Assembly (NCBI GenBank): GCA_963794325.1
Contig: CAWCDG010000005.1
Coordinates: 32,001 to 96,000 of the forward strand
From: an uncultured delta proteobacterium
GTDB lineage: Bacteria; Desulfobacterota; Binatia; Binatales; Binataceae
Direction: 5' to 3'
DNA length: 64,000 bases
Both the position numbers and the translations under genes were made by a program. This document shows, one piece after another, positions 31,570 to 42,576 of the stretch (its first letter is position 1; every line of letters starts with the position of its first letter). The notes below the pieces were generated by a model. That model made no database searches, had not been told where the DNA came from, and saw nothing but the letters and a program-made list of their open reading frames with translations.

Positions 31570-33252
31570 ATGGCGGATGATAAAAATTCTCTGAGATCAA
31601 ACAGTAGCGTCCTGGTTGACGGACCTTCGCGGGCGCCGGCCCGCGCCATGCTCAAGGCCGTCGGGTTTACCGATGAAGATTTGAGCAAGCCGCTCATCGC
31701 CGTCGCGCATACCTGGATCGAGATCATGCCCTGCACGGCCCATCTGCGGGATCTCGCGGAGCATGTTAAGCGCGGGATTCGCGCGGCGGGGGCGACGCCG
31801 ATCGAGTTCAACACGATTGCCGTATGCGACGGGATCTCGATGGGGACGCATGGGATGCGCGCTTCCCTGATCAGCCGCGAAGTCATCGCGGACTCGATCG
31901 AGCTCACCGTGCGCGGGCATCTGTTTGATGGCGTCGTGGCGATGTCGGGATGCGACAAGACAATTCCCGCAACTGTGATGGCGTTGCAGCGGCTCGACCT
32001 GCCGTCGCTTATGATTTACGGCGGCTCGATACAGCCGGGGCGCTTCGGCGATCAGCAGGTTTCCATTCAGGATGTCTTCGAAGCCGTGGGCGCGCATTCG
32101 GCCGGCAAGATGAAGCTCGAAGACCTCAAAAAACTCGAAGATGTCGCGTGCCCGGGCGTCGGTGCATGCGGCGGGCAGTTCACCGCCAACACGATGGCCA
32201 CGGCGACCGAGCTTTTGGGAATCTCGCCGATGGGCTCGAACAGCATTCCCGCGACCGATCCGAAAAAGCCCGAGAGCGCGTTCCAGGCGGGACGCCTCGC
32301 AGTCGATTTGCTCAAGCGCAAACTCAAGCCCAGCCAGATAATCACGAAGAAGGCGCTCGAGAACGCGATCGCGTCGGTCGCGATGACCGGCGGCTCGACC
32401 AACGCCGTGCTGCATCTGCTCGCGATCGCGCACGAGGCCGGAATCACGCTCGATATCGACGACTTCGATCGCATCAGCTCGCGCACCCCGCTGCTCGCGG
32501 ACCTTAAGCCCGGCGGCCGCTACCTCGCTACCGAAATGTACGCCGCGGGAGGAATTCCGCTAATCGCAAAACGCCTGAAGGAAGCGGGACTGCTCCACGA
32601 AAACGAGATGACCGTGACTGGTCGAACGATTGGCGTCGAGGCTGACTCGGCGCGCGAGACGCCAGGTCAGGAAGTCGTGCACTCGGTCGCGAAGCCAATC
32701 AAGGAAACTGGCGGGCTGGTGATTTTGAAGGGCAACCTCGCGCCCGAAGGATGTGTGGTCAAAGTCGCCGGCCACGAGCGCATGACTCATCGCGGGCCCG
32801 CGCGGGTTTTCGATTGCGAAGAAGACGCCTTCAAAGCGGTCTCGGCGCAAAAGATTAAGCCGGGCGACGTCGTCGTCATCCGCTACGAAGGACCGCGCGG
32901 CGCGCCCGGGATGCCCGAGATGCTCGGCGTCACGGCGGCCCTCTCGGGACAAGGACTTGGAGAATCCGTCAGCCTGCTGACGGACGGAAGATTCTCGGGT
33001 GCAACCCACGGCTTGATGGCCGGGCACGTCGCTCCCGAAGCCTATGTCGGCGGACCAATTGCGGCGCTCCGCGACGGCGACGTGATTACTTTCGATGTTG
33101 CGAAGCGGCGCTTGGATGTCGCGCTCACCGACGATGAAATCAAAGCACGGATCAAGAATTGGAAAGCGCCCGAGCCTCATTATAAGAGCGGCGTGATGGC
33201 GAAGTACGCGAACACCGTATCGTCATCGTCGCGCGGCGCCGTGACCCATTGA
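31570..33252 (+). CDS. ilvD: dihydroxy-acid dehydratase
   Basis: [34 protein letters not shown] and TDGRFSG motifs. Confidence 0.96.
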   Translation: MADDKNSLRSNSSVLVDGPSRAPARAMLKAVGFTDEDLSKPLIAVAHTWIEIMPCTAHLRDLAEHVKRGIRAAGATPIEFNTIAVCDGISMGTHGMRASLISREVIADSIELTVRGHLFDGVVAMSGCDKTIPATVMALQRLDLPSLMIYGGSIQPGRFGDQQVSIQDVFEAVGAHSAGKMKLEDLKKLEDVACPGVGACGGQFTANTMATATELLGISPMGSNSIPATDPKKPESAFQAGRLAVDLLKRKLKPSQIITKKALENAIASVAMTGGSTNAVLHLLAIAHEAGITLDIDDFDRISSRTPLLADLKPGGRYLATEMYAAGGIPLIAKRLKEAGLLHENEMTVTGRTIGVEADSARETPGQEVVHSVAKPIKETGGLVILKGNLAPEGCVVKVAGHERMTHRGPARVFDCEEDAFKAVSAQKIKPGDVVVIRYEGPRGAPGMPEMLGVTAALSGQGLGESVSLLTDGRFSGATHGLMAGHVAPEAYVGGPIAALRDGDVITFDVAKRRLDVALTDDEIKARIKNWKAPEPHYKSGVMAKYANTVSSSSRGAVTH

Positions 33253-34037
33253 CGGAGTCAGCAGAATCATCAGCGGGGGCATCGCCCGCGCGCGACGCGC
33301 GCGGGCGCTGCTCCCGCCGATTGCCCACGCTTGCAGCGTGCGCGATGCTCGCAGTCGTCCTGTGCGCGCGCCTCGCGCGCGCTCAGGACGACTGGAAGGT
33401 CATCCAGCGCCACACCACCTCGCAGGCGCCGGCCGAGGCCGGCGCCAGCGACGCCGCCAGCCCCGCCGTCGCCAGTGGCGACGGCTCCATCAACGCCTGC
33501 GGCGAAACCGCTCGCCCCGCCGGCGAGCCTTATAGCTCGATCGTCACCCAGCTCAACGATATGTGGGGCACCAATTTCCACGTCTATGAGTCGATGAATG
33601 CCGGCTCGCCCCACGCACGCAACGGCGGCTGCGTCTTCTACAATCAGAAGTTTCTCGACAGCCTGTTTCAACAGTGGATGCACATCGACGACCCCGACAC
33701 CGTGAAGCCGATGCTCTACGCGATCTTCGCGCACGAGATGGGCCATCTCGCGCACAGCGACTTCGATCCCAGCAATCAAAACGTTCCGGTAAAGAGCAAG
33801 GAACTCTCGGCGGATCACTTTGCCGGCTACACGCTCGAGCGAATGGGAATTCGACGCCTCGATCCGGTCGAAGTAACGCGCTACTACCAACTTACCGGCG
33901 ACGATTTCGTCGGCCACGCGTCCGGCCACGGCAACGGCGAGGAACGCACGACGGCCTTCGAGGATGGATGGCATCGCGCGGAAATCGGATTGCCGGAGCA
34001 AGGCACGCAGCCGGCGGGAGGACTCGGCGAGCCATAA
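33249..34037 (+). CDS. secreted zinc metallopeptidase-like protein (M48-like HEXXH)
   Basis: AHEMGH followed by ELSADHFAG; N-terminal hydrophobic signal. Confidence 0.65.
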   Translation: MTESAESSAGASPARDARGRCSRRLPTLAACAMLAVVLCARLARAQDDWKVIQRHTTSQAPAEAGASDAASPAVASGDGSINACGETARPAGEPYSSIVTQLNDMWGTNFHVYESMNAGSPHARNGGCVFYNQKFLDSLFQQWMHIDDPDTVKPMLYAIFAHEMGHLAHSDFDPSNQNVPVKSKELSADHFAGYTLERMGIRRLDPVEVTRYYQLTGDDFVGHASGHGNGEERTTAFEDGWHRAEIGLPEQGTQPAGGLGEP

Positions 34038-34060
34038 AGTCCTGGTCGCAATTCTTGAAC

Positions 34061-35062
34061 ATGGGTGCATCGATAATTTCGCAAAAAAATTCATCACAAG
34101 CTGCGGCTGACGCGATTCGCGCCGAATCCAGCGCCATCGACGCGCAGGCGCTCGGCTTTCGTTACGGCGATCGCGAAGCCCTCAGCGGCGTAACGTTCTC
34201 AATCGCCCGCGGCGAAATTTTCGGCTTCCTCGGACCCAACGGCGGCGGCAAGACTACTCTGTTCAAGCTGCTATCGACGCTGGCGCCGATTCAATCAGGC
34301 GGCGCGCAACTCTTCGGCCACGATTTGGCCGGCGAGACCATCGCCGTGCGCCGCCGCCTCGGCGTGGTCTTTCAGCATCCGAGTCTCGACGGCAAGTTGA
34401 CCGTCGGCGAAAATCTCGCCGCCCATGCTCATCTATATGGGATCTCCGGCAACCGGCTGCGCGATCGCAGCGCGGCGATGCTCGAGCGGCTCGGTCTGTC
34501 GGCTCGCGAGCGCGACCGCGTCGAGACCTTGTCGGGCGGCCTGCAGCGCCGCGTCGAGCTGGCCAAGGCATTGTTGCATGAACCTGCGCTGCTGCTGCTC
34601 GACGAGCCGAGCACCGGGCTGGATCCGGCCGCGCGCCGCGAGTTTTGGAACTACCTCCAGCATCTGCGCGAGCACGAGGGCGTCACGATCGTGCTGACCA
34701 CTCATTATATGGAGGAGGCCGAGCGATGCGATCGCATCGGCATTCTGCATCAGGGGAAACTGGTCGCGATCGCGCCGCCGGATGAACTCAAATCCGAAGT
34801 CGGCGGTGACGTGATAGTGATTCGAACGAAGGAGCCGGAAATCCTGCAGCGAAAAATCCTCGCGCGCTTCAAGCTCAAGAGTCAGCTGGTTGATGGCGCG
34901 ATTCGTATCGAAAAACTCCGCGCCCATGAGCTGGTGCGCGATTTGATCGACGCGTTCGTCGAGGAGATCGAGTCGGTTTCATTCGGCAAGCCGACTCTCG
35001 AGGACGTATTCGTGCATCTGACCGGTCACCAGTTCTTCGCGCATATGCCGGACACGGAATAG
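34061..35062 (+). CDS. ABC-2 exporter ATP-binding subunit (DrrA/NodI-like)
   Basis: GPNGGGKT, LSGG, LLLDEP, TTHYMEEA and PTLEDVF motifs. Confidence 0.92.
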   Translation: MGASIISQKNSSQAAADAIRAESSAIDAQALGFRYGDREALSGVTFSIARGEIFGFLGPNGGGKTTLFKLLSTLAPIQSGGAQLFGHDLAGETIAVRRRLGVVFQHPSLDGKLTVGENLAAHAHLYGISGNRLRDRSAAMLERLGLSARERDRVETLSGGLQRRVELAKALLHEPALLLLDEPSTGLDPAARREFWNYLQHLREHEGVTIVLTTHYMEEAERCDRIGILHQGKLVAIAPPDELKSEVGGDVIVIRTKEPEILQRKILARFKLKSQLVDGAIRIEKLRAHELVRDLIDAFVEEIESVSFGKPTLEDVFVHLTGHQFFAHMPDTE

Positions 35063-35066
35063 GGAA

Positions 35067-35852
35067 ATGCGAGAAATTTTGCTTCAGGCCGAAACCCTCT
35101 GGTATCGCGAAGTCGTGCGCTTTATCCGGCAACCGATTCGCGTGGTGAGCGCGATCGCGACGCCGCTGGTTTTCTGGTTGCTGCTCGGCGCGGGCCTGCA
35201 AGCGTCCTTCAAGCCGAGCGGGATGCCGCCCGGACTCGACTACGTGCAGTATTTTTATCCCGGCGTGATCGTTTTGATGCTGTTGTTCACCGCGATTTTC
35301 GCGACCGCATCGACGGTTGACGATCGCCGCCAGGGCTTCCTTCAGGGCGTTCTGGTCGCACCCGTCTCGCGCCCGACGATCGTGCTCGGCCAGGCGCTCG
35401 GATGCACCACGCTCTCACTGATGCAGGGCGCTATCTTCCTCGCGATGGCGCCGTTGGCGGGAATCCATCTAAGCCTCGCGGCGATCATCGTGTCGCTCGC
35501 GATAATGGGACTGATCGCGTTCGCGATGACGAGTATCGGACTCGCGATGGCGTGGCGCACCGAATCGACGCAGGGCTTCCACGCGTTCATGAACATGCTG
35601 CTATTGCCAATCTGGATGCTATCGGGCGCAGTCTTTCCGGTCGTCGGCGCGCCGCGATGGTTCCAATGGACAACGCGCCTGAACCCTCTCACCTACGCCG
35701 TGGACGCCCTCCGCCAGGGCCTATATCTCGCAGAGCCAGCCTCGAGCGGCGCCACGATGCCGATGGGATCATCGGTAGCAATCGCAATCGCCTTCGCCGC
35801 CTTCACCTTCATCCTGGCCACCCGCGCCGCCCGCATTGCCTCGACGATCTAA
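35067..35852 (+). CDS. ABC-2 exporter permease
   Basis: Six TMs; LSGAVFP and [11 protein letters not shown] motifs. Confidence 0.9.
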   Translation: MREILLQAETLWYREVVRFIRQPIRVVSAIATPLVFWLLLGAGLQASFKPSGMPPGLDYVQYFYPGVIVLMLLFTAIFATASTVDDRRQGFLQGVLVAPVSRPTIVLGQALGCTTLSLMQGAIFLAMAPLAGIHLSLAAIIVSLAIMGLIAFAMTSIGLAMAWRTESTQGFHAFMNMLLLPIWMLSGAVFPVVGAPRWFQWTTRLNPLTYAVDALRQGLYLAEPASSGATMPMGSSVAIAIAFAAFTFILATRAARIASTI

Positions 35853-36616
35853 CGCGGCGGCATCCTGAGCGCGCCGTCCAGCCGGATCGTCTCGCCGTTC
35901 AGCATTTCGTTCTCGACGATGTGCCGCGCGAGCGCCGCGTATTCCGACGGCTTGCCCAACCTCTGCGGAAACGGAATCTGCGCCGCGAGCGCCTTGCGAT
36001 TCGCCTCTGGCAATCCCGCCAGCATCGGGGTCTCGAAAGTCCCCGGCGCGATCGTGCAAATCCGGATGCCGAGCGACGCGAGGTCGCGCGCGATAGGCAG
36101 CGTCATCGAAACCACCCCGCCCTTCGACGCCGAATAAGCGACCTGCCCGATCTGTCCATCGAATGCGGCGACCGATGCCGTATTGATGATCACGCCGCGC
36201 TCGCCGTCGGGACCCGGCTGATTCTTCGCCATCTGCGCCGCCGCCAGCCGCGTCACGTTGAACGTGCCGATCAGATTCACCGTGATAACCTTGCTGAACA
36301 AATCGAGCGAGTGCGGACCATCCTTGGTCACCGTGCGCATCGCGCGCCCGATGCCGGCGCAGTTCACCGCGATATGAATCGTGCCAAACTTCGCGACCGC
36401 TTTCGCAATCGCGTCAGTCGCCTGGTCGGCGGAGGCGACGTCAGCCTCAACGAAGACAGCATTTGCGCCGAGCGACTCGGCTACTTTGGCCCCGGGCGAC
36501 GAAGGTAAATCGAGAATCGCGACCTTCGCGCCCGCCGACGCGAACTCGCGGACGGTTGCTTCGCCGAGTCCCGAGCCGCCACCGGTGACAAGCGCGACCG
36601 CATTTTTGAGATTCAT
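35849..36616 (-). CDS. 3-hydroxyacyl-CoA dehydrogenase, HSD17B10-type SDR
   Basis: [20 protein letters not shown] and [13 protein letters not shown] motifs. Confidence 0.92.
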   Translation of the reverse strand: MNLKNAVALVTGGGSGLGEATVREFASAGAKVAILDLPSSPGAKVAESLGANAVFVEADVASADQATDAIAKAVAKFGTIHIAVNCAGIGRAMRTVTKDGPHSLDLFSKVITVNLIGTFNVTRLAAAQMAKNQPGPDGERGVIINTASVAAFDGQIGQVAYSASKGGVVSMTLPIARDLASLGIRICTIAPGTFETPMLAGLPEANRKALAAQIPFPQRLGKPSEYAALARHIVENEMLNGETIRLDGALRMPPR

Positions 36617-36726
36617 ATCAACCTCGCAAAAGTGAGTAGCCTGAGCGCGACGAAGTTATGATTGCAGGCGCGGTTATGCAACCACGCCACTTGAGCGCCA
36701 CTTCGTGGACAACGAAAATCTGGCCG

Positions 36727-37428
36727 TCAGCAGTTGCCGCCGGAGCTTTGCACAGTCGCGGTGCCGGGCGGCGGGCCGGGGGAACAGAAGGGTGGCCCAT
36801 CGTCTGCGGCTTCCGCAGTCCCGCCGTTGGTTGCCGTCGCGTGCGCGAAGCCGCCGGCCTCACATGATGATTCCGCCGTCCCGCTCGTGTCGGCGTTTGC
36901 GGTGGCTGTGCACTTACCAGCACTTCCGTCCGCCGACGCTTGGGCAGTGCCAGATCCGCTCGCAATGGCAGTCGCCTTGGCGCGCAAGTCAGCACTAGCC
37001 GCCGCAGTGCCCGAACCGCTCGCTTTGGCGGTCGCGTTGGACTTCGAGTCAGCACTAGCCTCCGCAGTGCCCGATCCGCTCGCTTTGGCAGTCGCCTTGG
37101 CGCCCGTGTCAGAACTAGCTTGCGCAGTGCCTAGATCGCTCGCTATCGCGTTTGCCTTGCCGTGCGTGTCAGAACTAGCTTGCGCATCGCCGCCGGTCTT
37201 CGCGATTGCCTTCGACTTGCCACCCGTATCTGCACTTGCTGCGCAGGCGCTCCCATCAGTGCCGGTGTGCGAGACGCTGTGGTTGCCGCTCGCTTTGCAC
37301 GTCACTCCTCCCGCAGCATGGGCACTCGTCGCCGCCGCAAATGCCAAAAACACCGCGCCGGTAAGTAACCCCATCGTCGTCTTCGGTAGTTTCACAGATT
37401 CCCCTCCCACCTGGCTGATCTGCGTCAT
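36727..37428 (-). CDS. secreted Ala/Ser/Gly-rich repeat protein (DUF6764-like)
   Basis: Signal peptide (...AAATSAHA); repeats like KATAKASGSGTAEASAD; Cys residues at both ends. Confidence 0.65.
   Translation of the reverse strand: MTQISQVGGESVKLPKTTMGLLTGAVFLAFAAATSAHAAGGVTCKASGNHSVSHTGTDGSACAASADTGGKSKAIAKTGGDAQASSDTHGKANAIASDLGTAQASSDTGAKATAKASGSGTAEASADSKSNATAKASGSGTAAASADLRAKATAIASGSGTAQASADGSAGKCTATANADTSGTAESSCEAGGFAHATATNGGTAEAADDGPPFCSPGPPPGTATVQSSGGNC
36930..37240 (-). repeat. 60-bp (20-aa) coding tandem repeat, about five units
   Basis: Column-aligned repeats on successive 60-nt lines (agcactagcc...gcagtgcc...ccgct). Confidence 0.9.
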
Positions 37429-37528
37429 TTCCCGTTCGAGTAGCTCGAATACAAACAATCTGGCGCCAGGCAGTGTCGGATATCTATATGAGCGCCTTTG
37501 ATGTTTCCAGTAGCTCCCGGGTGAAGTG

Positions 37529-39580
37529 CTACGGCGACGCTTGCTGTTGGGCGGGATGCGGCGTCTCGAGCATTCGCCGTGCCGCCGCGACAGCGTCGCT
37601 CGATCCAGCCAACTCCAGAATGTCGCCTTCGCGCAAGATTTCGTCGCCAGTCGGGACCACCACTTCAGAATCGGCGCGGCCGATTGCGACCACCACCGCG
37701 CCGCTGTTGGTCTGGAGATCAAGTTCGGACAGTTTTTTTCCTACACCTTCGCTGTCCGATCGAAGCGGGACCGGCGTGATCATCCCGATGCCGGGGACTG
37801 CGTACGAGTCGCCTCCGGCGTCTGCGGGAGCGCCTCGCAGCGCGGTCGCGATCAGGCGCGTCGCATTGCGGAGTTGGCCCTGCATCTGGCGCGCGGCTCG
37901 CGCCACGATGACGACCATCAGCACGATTGTGATTACGATGATTCCGATTCCTTCAACCGGCTCCAAGAACGGCTGAACGATCGCGAGCAGCGGCACCGCT
38001 ACCACCAGCAGAATTGTGATCTGGAGCAATTCGATCAACGCGCTCACCGCGGGCGCACCATTCGATGGAAGTTCGGCGAAGGCGCGCGATGCGAGCGCGG
38101 TCGCGAGCCGCCGCGACGCGAAGTACATTGCGGCCGCGGGCCCCGCACATACGAGCACCGCGAACGCGTCGACATACAGGCCGGCGCCGAAATACGTCAG
38201 ATGTTCCATGCTCGCGACTGTGGTCGTCAGATCGAGAGGATCCCATTCGTTGACGATCAGAATTGCGCCGATCAAAACGCCGCTCGCGGCGATTGCCGCC
38301 GTCGGCCATGCGATTGAGTTGGCGTTCTTCGCCGGCTGTCCGGCGTTGCGAATTCGCTCGAACCACGAGTCGTAGAGCGCTTCGAGCACCTTGAGCGGAC
38401 GCGGCATGCGCGCGGATACGAATTCGGCGAACGGAATCGATCCACGAATCATGTAGGGCGTCAGGAAAGTCGTGACGGCGGAGACCGCGACCGCCAGCGT
38501 ATAGAGAAAATCGCGCGCCGCGCCGGTCTTCAATCCCGCGCCCGCGATGATGAATGAGAACTCGCCGATTTGCGACAAGCTCATGCCGGCTTCGATCGAA
38601 GTCTTGGTGCCGACGCCGCTCAAAATCGACGCGAAGGTAACCCCGAAAATCTTTCCGCCGACTACCGCGGCCGTCAGCACGATCAGCGCCTGCCAATGCT
38701 CCGCGATGAGTTTGGGATCGATCATCATGCCCACCGAGACGAAGAATACCGCACCGAAAATGTCCCGCAGCGGTGCGACCAGATGTTCGATCTGCTCGAC
38801 TTCGCCCGACTCCGCGACCAGCGATCCCGACAGGAACGCGCCGAGCGCAACTGAATAGCCGGCGTGTTCCGCCAGCAGCGCGAAGCCGAAGCAGATGCCG
38901 ACGACTGCCACCAGCGTCGTCTCGGGCCGGCCCATCCGCACCACGAATCGCACCACCGGCGGCACCACGACAAATCCAATGCCGACGAATGCGACCAGGA
39001 ACAGAATCAGGCGCGCGATCGTCACCGTCATCATCGATGCCGACACGCTCGCGCCCGAGGCTAGCGTCGTCAGAATCGCGAGCTCGACGACCGCCGTGAG
39101 ATCTTCGGCGAGCAGCACGCCGAACACCAGCTCGCGCAGGCCGTCTGAGACCGGAGTTTCCTGGTAGGCCTTGGCGACGATAGTCGTGCTCGAGATTGAA
39201 AGAATCGCGCCGGTGAAGATGCTCTCGAGCGGCGTCCATCCCAGCGCGCGCCCGCATACGTAGCCAAGCCAGATCATGAAGCCGACCTGCAGCGCCGTGA
39301 TAAAGCCCGAGGTCGGGCCGAGGCGAATCAGCTTGCGCACGCTGAATTCGAGCCCGAGCGCGAACATCAGCAGAATCACGCCCAGTTCGGAGAGCGTGTG
39401 GATGCGCTCGGGATCCGCGAGCAGAGGAATCGGCACGTTGGGCCCGACGATCAGGCCTGCGATCAGATAACCGACCACGACCGGCTGCCGGATTTTCTGA
39501 AAGATGATGGTGGTGACGGCGGCGACGCATAGCACCATCGCGAGATCTTCGAGAAACGTATGTGAGCTGAGTACGTGCAC
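37529..39580 (-). CDS. CPA2 cation:proton antiporter with C-terminal TrkA-C (RCK_C) domain
   Basis: LGLEFS, SSTTIV, LRDIFGAVFFVSVG and QIGEFSF motifs; C-terminal VVAIGR...LREGDIL. Confidence 0.9.
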   Translation of the reverse strand: MHVLSSHTFLEDLAMVLCVAAVTTIIFQKIRQPVVVGYLIAGLIVGPNVPIPLLADPERIHTLSELGVILLMFALGLEFSVRKLIRLGPTSGFITALQVGFMIWLGYVCGRALGWTPLESIFTGAILSISSTTIVAKAYQETPVSDGLRELVFGVLLAEDLTAVVELAILTTLASGASVSASMMTVTIARLILFLVAFVGIGFVVVPPVVRFVVRMGRPETTLVAVVGICFGFALLAEHAGYSVALGAFLSGSLVAESGEVEQIEHLVAPLRDIFGAVFFVSVGMMIDPKLIAEHWQALIVLTAAVVGGKIFGVTFASILSGVGTKTSIEAGMSLSQIGEFSFIIAGAGLKTGAARDFLYTLAVAVSAVTTFLTPYMIRGSIPFAEFVSARMPRPLKVLEALYDSWFERIRNAGQPAKNANSIAWPTAAIAASGVLIGAILIVNEWDPLDLTTTVASMEHLTYFGAGLYVDAFAVLVCAGPAAAMYFASRRLATALASRAFAELPSNGAPAVSALIELLQITILLVVAVPLLAIVQPFLEPVEGIGIIVITIVLMVVIVARAARQMQGQLRNATRLIATALRGAPADAGGDSYAVPGIGMITPVPLRSDSEGVGKKLSELDLQTNSGAVVVAIGRADSEVVVPTGDEILREGDILELAGSSDAVAAARRMLETPHPAQQQASP

Positions 39581-39664
39581 CGCGTCGAGGAATCTTAGCT
39601 TGCGGCGCCGATCGCGCGCGAGAGAGCTACTGACTTCGCCGCGATTGTTCCCGTCGCGCGATTG

Positions 39665-39744
39665 TTCCCCTTCCCTCGAGGGAAGGGGTTACTCCAAACA
39701 CTCCGGTTCCCCTTCCCGCTCGGGAAGGGGTTAGGGGTTAGGTT
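39665..39744. repeat. REP-like hairpin pair (CCCCTTCCC-loop-GGGAAGGGG, second copy with a GGGGTTAGGGGTTAGG tail)
   Basis: Two palindromes at 39665-39690 and 39705-39744. Confidence 0.8.
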
Positions 39745-39760
39745 CTTCTCGCTACAGAGC

Positions 39761-40345
39761 CTACTGCTTCAAGACCAACGGAGGCCCGCTGACTCGCGTC
39801 CCCAGGAGCGAGACGTTCACCTCGACCCGATTGGCGATTCTGATAAACGGAATGCCGCTGTTCATCCCGTAGTCCTTGCGATCGAAGTACAGCGTCCCGT
39901 TAATTGTGCCGGAGCCGGTGCCCACGCCGGACACCGTAAGTGTGAGTTTCTCGAGCCTGGTAACTCCGCGGATCGTAAAGTTGCCGTCCACCTCGAAGGT
40001 GTTAGGACCGGTCTGCAAAATCTTCGTCGATTTGAATGAGATCAAGGGATTATTGGCGACATCGAAGAAGTCCGAACTCTTCAGCTTGCTATCCTTCATC
40101 CCGCTCCCGGTATCAACCGATGCAGCCTGAATCTCGACGTCCAAAACCCCCGTCGTCACGTCCGTAGATGCAAAAGTCAGAGTGGCGTTCCACTTATCAA
40201 AAGTGCCGGCTATCGCCACCGACGCCTTCACGTCGAACTTGATCGAGCTTTGTACTGGTGTGATCGCGAAGACAGGAACGTCTTGCGCTCTGCTCAATGA
40301 CGGAATCAAAGCGGACGCCAGCAGACATACAGCAATTAATCGCAT
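39761..40345 (-). CDS. YceI-family periplasmic lipid/polyisoprenoid-binding protein
   Basis: Signal peptide; SVDTG...LKSSDFFDV, GNFTIRGVT and DRKDYGM motifs. Confidence 0.88.
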   Translation of the reverse strand: MRLIAVCLLASALIPSLSRAQDVPVFAITPVQSSIKFDVKASVAIAGTFDKWNATLTFASTDVTTGVLDVEIQAASVDTGSGMKDSKLKSSDFFDVANNPLISFKSTKILQTGPNTFEVDGNFTIRGVTRLEKLTLTVSGVGTGSGTINGTLYFDRKDYGMNSGIPFIRIANRVEVNVSLLGTRVSGPPLVLKQ

Positions 40346-40388
40346 GGCGGCAGTCTGAGTTCTTCCTGCCTTCCTGTCAATTACAAGG

Positions 40389-40429
40389 AACCTAACCCCT
40401 AACCCCTTCCCATAGTGGGAAGGGGAACC
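40389..40429. repeat. REP-like element, inverted copy of 39705-39744
   Basis: aacctaacccctaaccccttccc-atagt-gggaaggggaacc is the reverse complement of 39705-39744 apart from the loop. Confidence 0.85.
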
Positions 40430-40444
40430 AAAACGATTAGAAGA

Positions 40445-41608
40445 TTAGTTCGTGTTGCTCACGCGAGGGAGGACTTTGGTCCAAAACAACTCGATCGTTT
40501 TCATCAGCCGGTCGTGCGGCATCAGCCCGTTGTACATCCACGCGAAGACCCATCGGATGGGCAGGCGCTTCAGCAGATGCTCGACCTGGCGCGTGACGGT
40601 ATCAACCGTGCCGACAAACGCGAGACCGTTGGTCCATAGATCGGCGGGCTCACCGGTTTTCGGATCTTCGAGGCCCTTGGAAAATCCGAACGGCTCAAAC
40701 CATTCGTGACCGCAGAAGTAACCGCTCTCGCGCCAGATTGCGCGCGCCTCGTCGTCGCTGTCCGCGATCACGATATCGCGCAGCACGCCCATCCCTTCGC
40801 CGAGCGGCTTTTTCGAGACTTCGGCATAGACCTCGCACAGCTGATGCTCGAGCGACGGATGCAACGGCGGCAGGATCGCGGTGACACCCTCCTGCGCGCA
40901 CCATCTGATACTGCGCTCCGACGACGCGAACGGCTGGAAGATCGGCGGATGCGGCTTCTGGACCGGCTTCGGCACGACCGCCACCGCGCGCACGATTCCG
41001 TTCTCGATGCCGCCGCCCCATTTCGCGGTCGCGTCGAGCGTCCACGGTGTTTCGCCGGGCGGAACGCGCCAGTACTTGCCCTCGTAGGAAATAAAATCCT
41101 GCGTCCACGCTTGCTTGATGATGCGAAAATTTTCTTCGAACGCCGCGCGGTTGGCGTTGTCGATCTCGTCGTGCTGATGCGGCAGCGCGCCGTGAATTCC
41201 GTGCGTCTGCTGCGCCATGATATCGACCCATCGCCGCTGATAGCCGCGCGCGAAGCCGGCATTGGCGCGCCCGCCGCTCATATGATCGAGCATCGCGATA
41301 TCCTCGGCGACGCGCAGCGGATTCTGCGACGGCAACACGATGCCGAGCTGGCCGACACGCAGCCGCTTGGTCTGCATCGCGATATACAAGTCGAGCAGCA
41401 CCGGATTGTTCGACAACTCGAAACCTTCGACGTGAAAATGATGCTCGGTGAAACTGATCGAGTCGTAGCCGAGGTCGTCAGCGAGGCGCGCCTGCCCAGT
41501 GATGTCGTGCAGCATCTGATCGTATAGATGCCCCTTCAATCCAACGCGCCCTCTTTCGATGTCGGCCTTGCTGCCGACCGAAGGTAGATAGAACAGCGAT
41601 ACTTTCAT
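40445..41608 (-). CDS. LLM-class (luciferase-like) flavin-dependent oxidoreductase
   Basis: FTEHHF, NPLRVAEDIAMLDHMSGGR and PKPVQKPHPP motifs. Confidence 0.9.
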   Translation of the reverse strand: MKVSLFYLPSVGSKADIERGRVGLKGHLYDQMLHDITGQARLADDLGYDSISFTEHHFHVEGFELSNNPVLLDLYIAMQTKRLRVGQLGIVLPSQNPLRVAEDIAMLDHMSGGRANAGFARGYQRRWVDIMAQQTHGIHGALPHQHDEIDNANRAAFEENFRIIKQAWTQDFISYEGKYWRVPPGETPWTLDATAKWGGGIENGIVRAVAVVPKPVQKPHPPIFQPFASSERSIRWCAQEGVTAILPPLHPSLEHQLCEVYAEVSKKPLGEGMGVLRDIVIADSDDEARAIWRESGYFCGHEWFEPFGFSKGLEDPKTGEPADLWTNGLAFVGTVDTVTRQVEHLLKRLPIRWVFAWMYNGLMPHDRLMKTIELFWTKVLPRVSNTN

Positions 41609-41662
41609 GATGTCTGGACTCTAGAACTCTCGGAACGAAAACGCCAAACGCGCGATTTCACC

Positions 41663-41731
41663 GGGTGCAGGGGTCACCCCTGCCGAAGGAAGCGTGAAAC
41701 CCACCGCGGGTTTCAAATTTAATAAAGTGAT
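41663..41731. repeat. two-hairpin intergenic repeat, copy 1
   Basis: GCAGGGG-TCA-CCCCTGC plus GAAACCC-ACCGC-GGGTTTC; matches 47505 and 63903. Confidence 0.88.
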
Positions 41732-41742
41732 TTCCCCTTCCC

Positions 41743-42576
41743 CTAAACCGCGAAAAATTCCTTCATCGCTACGAGCGACTCCGCCTCCGTCAACGACGGT
41801 GCATGTCCCACCCCCGGCACCTCGACGACCTTTGCCCGCTTGAGCACCTTACACATCCGCGATGCCGTCCCGCGGTCCAGGACGTCGCTGTCCGCGCCGC
41901 GAATGATTAACGTCGGGCATGCGATTCGCGCGTACGGCACCCACAAATCGAATCGTTGTTGCGCGGTGCCTCCGCGAAGCGGACGCCGCACGTTCGGGTC
42001 CATCTTCCACGACAATGCCCCGTCGGTACCCTGCTTGACCGACCATTTCACCTGATCGGCGACGACGCTGTCTGCGAGCTTCGCCATCGGCGGATAATTT
42101 TCCTTGTAGTACTTCACCACCTCGCCGATATCCTTGAATCGTTCCGGCGCCGTGCCGACGTAATTCCCGATTCTCGCCAATCCCACCGGATCGATCTCCG
42201 GCCCGATATCGTTGAGCACCAGCCGCTCGACCCGCTCCGGCCATCCGCCCGCATACATCATCGAAATGATCCCGCCCATCGACGTCCCGATCAGGCTCGC
42301 GCGCGCGACGCCCAGCTCTTCGAGCATCTTCGCCAGGTCGGTCACATAATTTTGCGGCAAATATTCCGTCGGCGGACCCCACTGACTCTCGCCGCGTCCG
42401 CGCACGTCAACCGAGATCACGTGATACTTCGCCGCCAGATGCGCCGCGAGCGCGTCGAAGTTGTGTGCGTTCTGGGTCAGCCCATGCACGCAGATCACCC
42501 ACGGCGCATCGTCATTGTCGTAGTCCAGGTAATGCAGCCGCAGGCCGTTTGCGTTGACGAATTTATCCGATGCCAT
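41743..42576 (-). CDS. alpha/beta hydrolase
   Basis: HGLT oxyanion motif, GTSMGG nucleophile elbow and GVGHAP. Confidence 0.9.
   Translation of the reverse strand: MASDKFVNANGLRLHYLDYDNDDAPWVICVHGLTQNAHNFDALAAHLAAKYHVISVDVRGRGESQWGPPTEYLPQNYVTDLAKMLEELGVARASLIGTSMGGIISMMYAGGWPERVERLVLNDIGPEIDPVGLARIGNYVGTAPERFKDIGEVVKYYKENYPPMAKLADSVVADQVKWSVKQGTDGALSWKMDPNVRRPLRGGTAQQRFDLWVPYARIACPTLIIRGADSDVLDRGTASRMCKVLKRAKVVEVPGVGHAPSLTEAESLVAMKEFFAV

Noticed and set aside
36727-36732. C-terminal Cys-TGA of the repeat protein as a second Sec codon
   Set aside because: No convincing SECIS and no protein-like continuation; a secreted protein ending in Cys is sufficient explanation
36930-37240. 60-bp periodic repeats as a CRISPR array
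   Set aside because: In-frame coding repeats with codon-level variation and no unique spacers
37953-39530. Long alternative-frame and antisense ORFs (e.g. 37953-39530, 57010-58452, 61150-62619, 2052-3179, 51612-52592)
   Set aside because: Shadow ORFs expected at high GC; Arg-rich or mirror-repeat translations overlapping well-supported genes
39724-39744. TTAGGGG runs as telomere-like sequence or eukaryotic contamination
   Set aside because: Only about two units, embedded in a bacterial REP-like hairpin family with inverted copies
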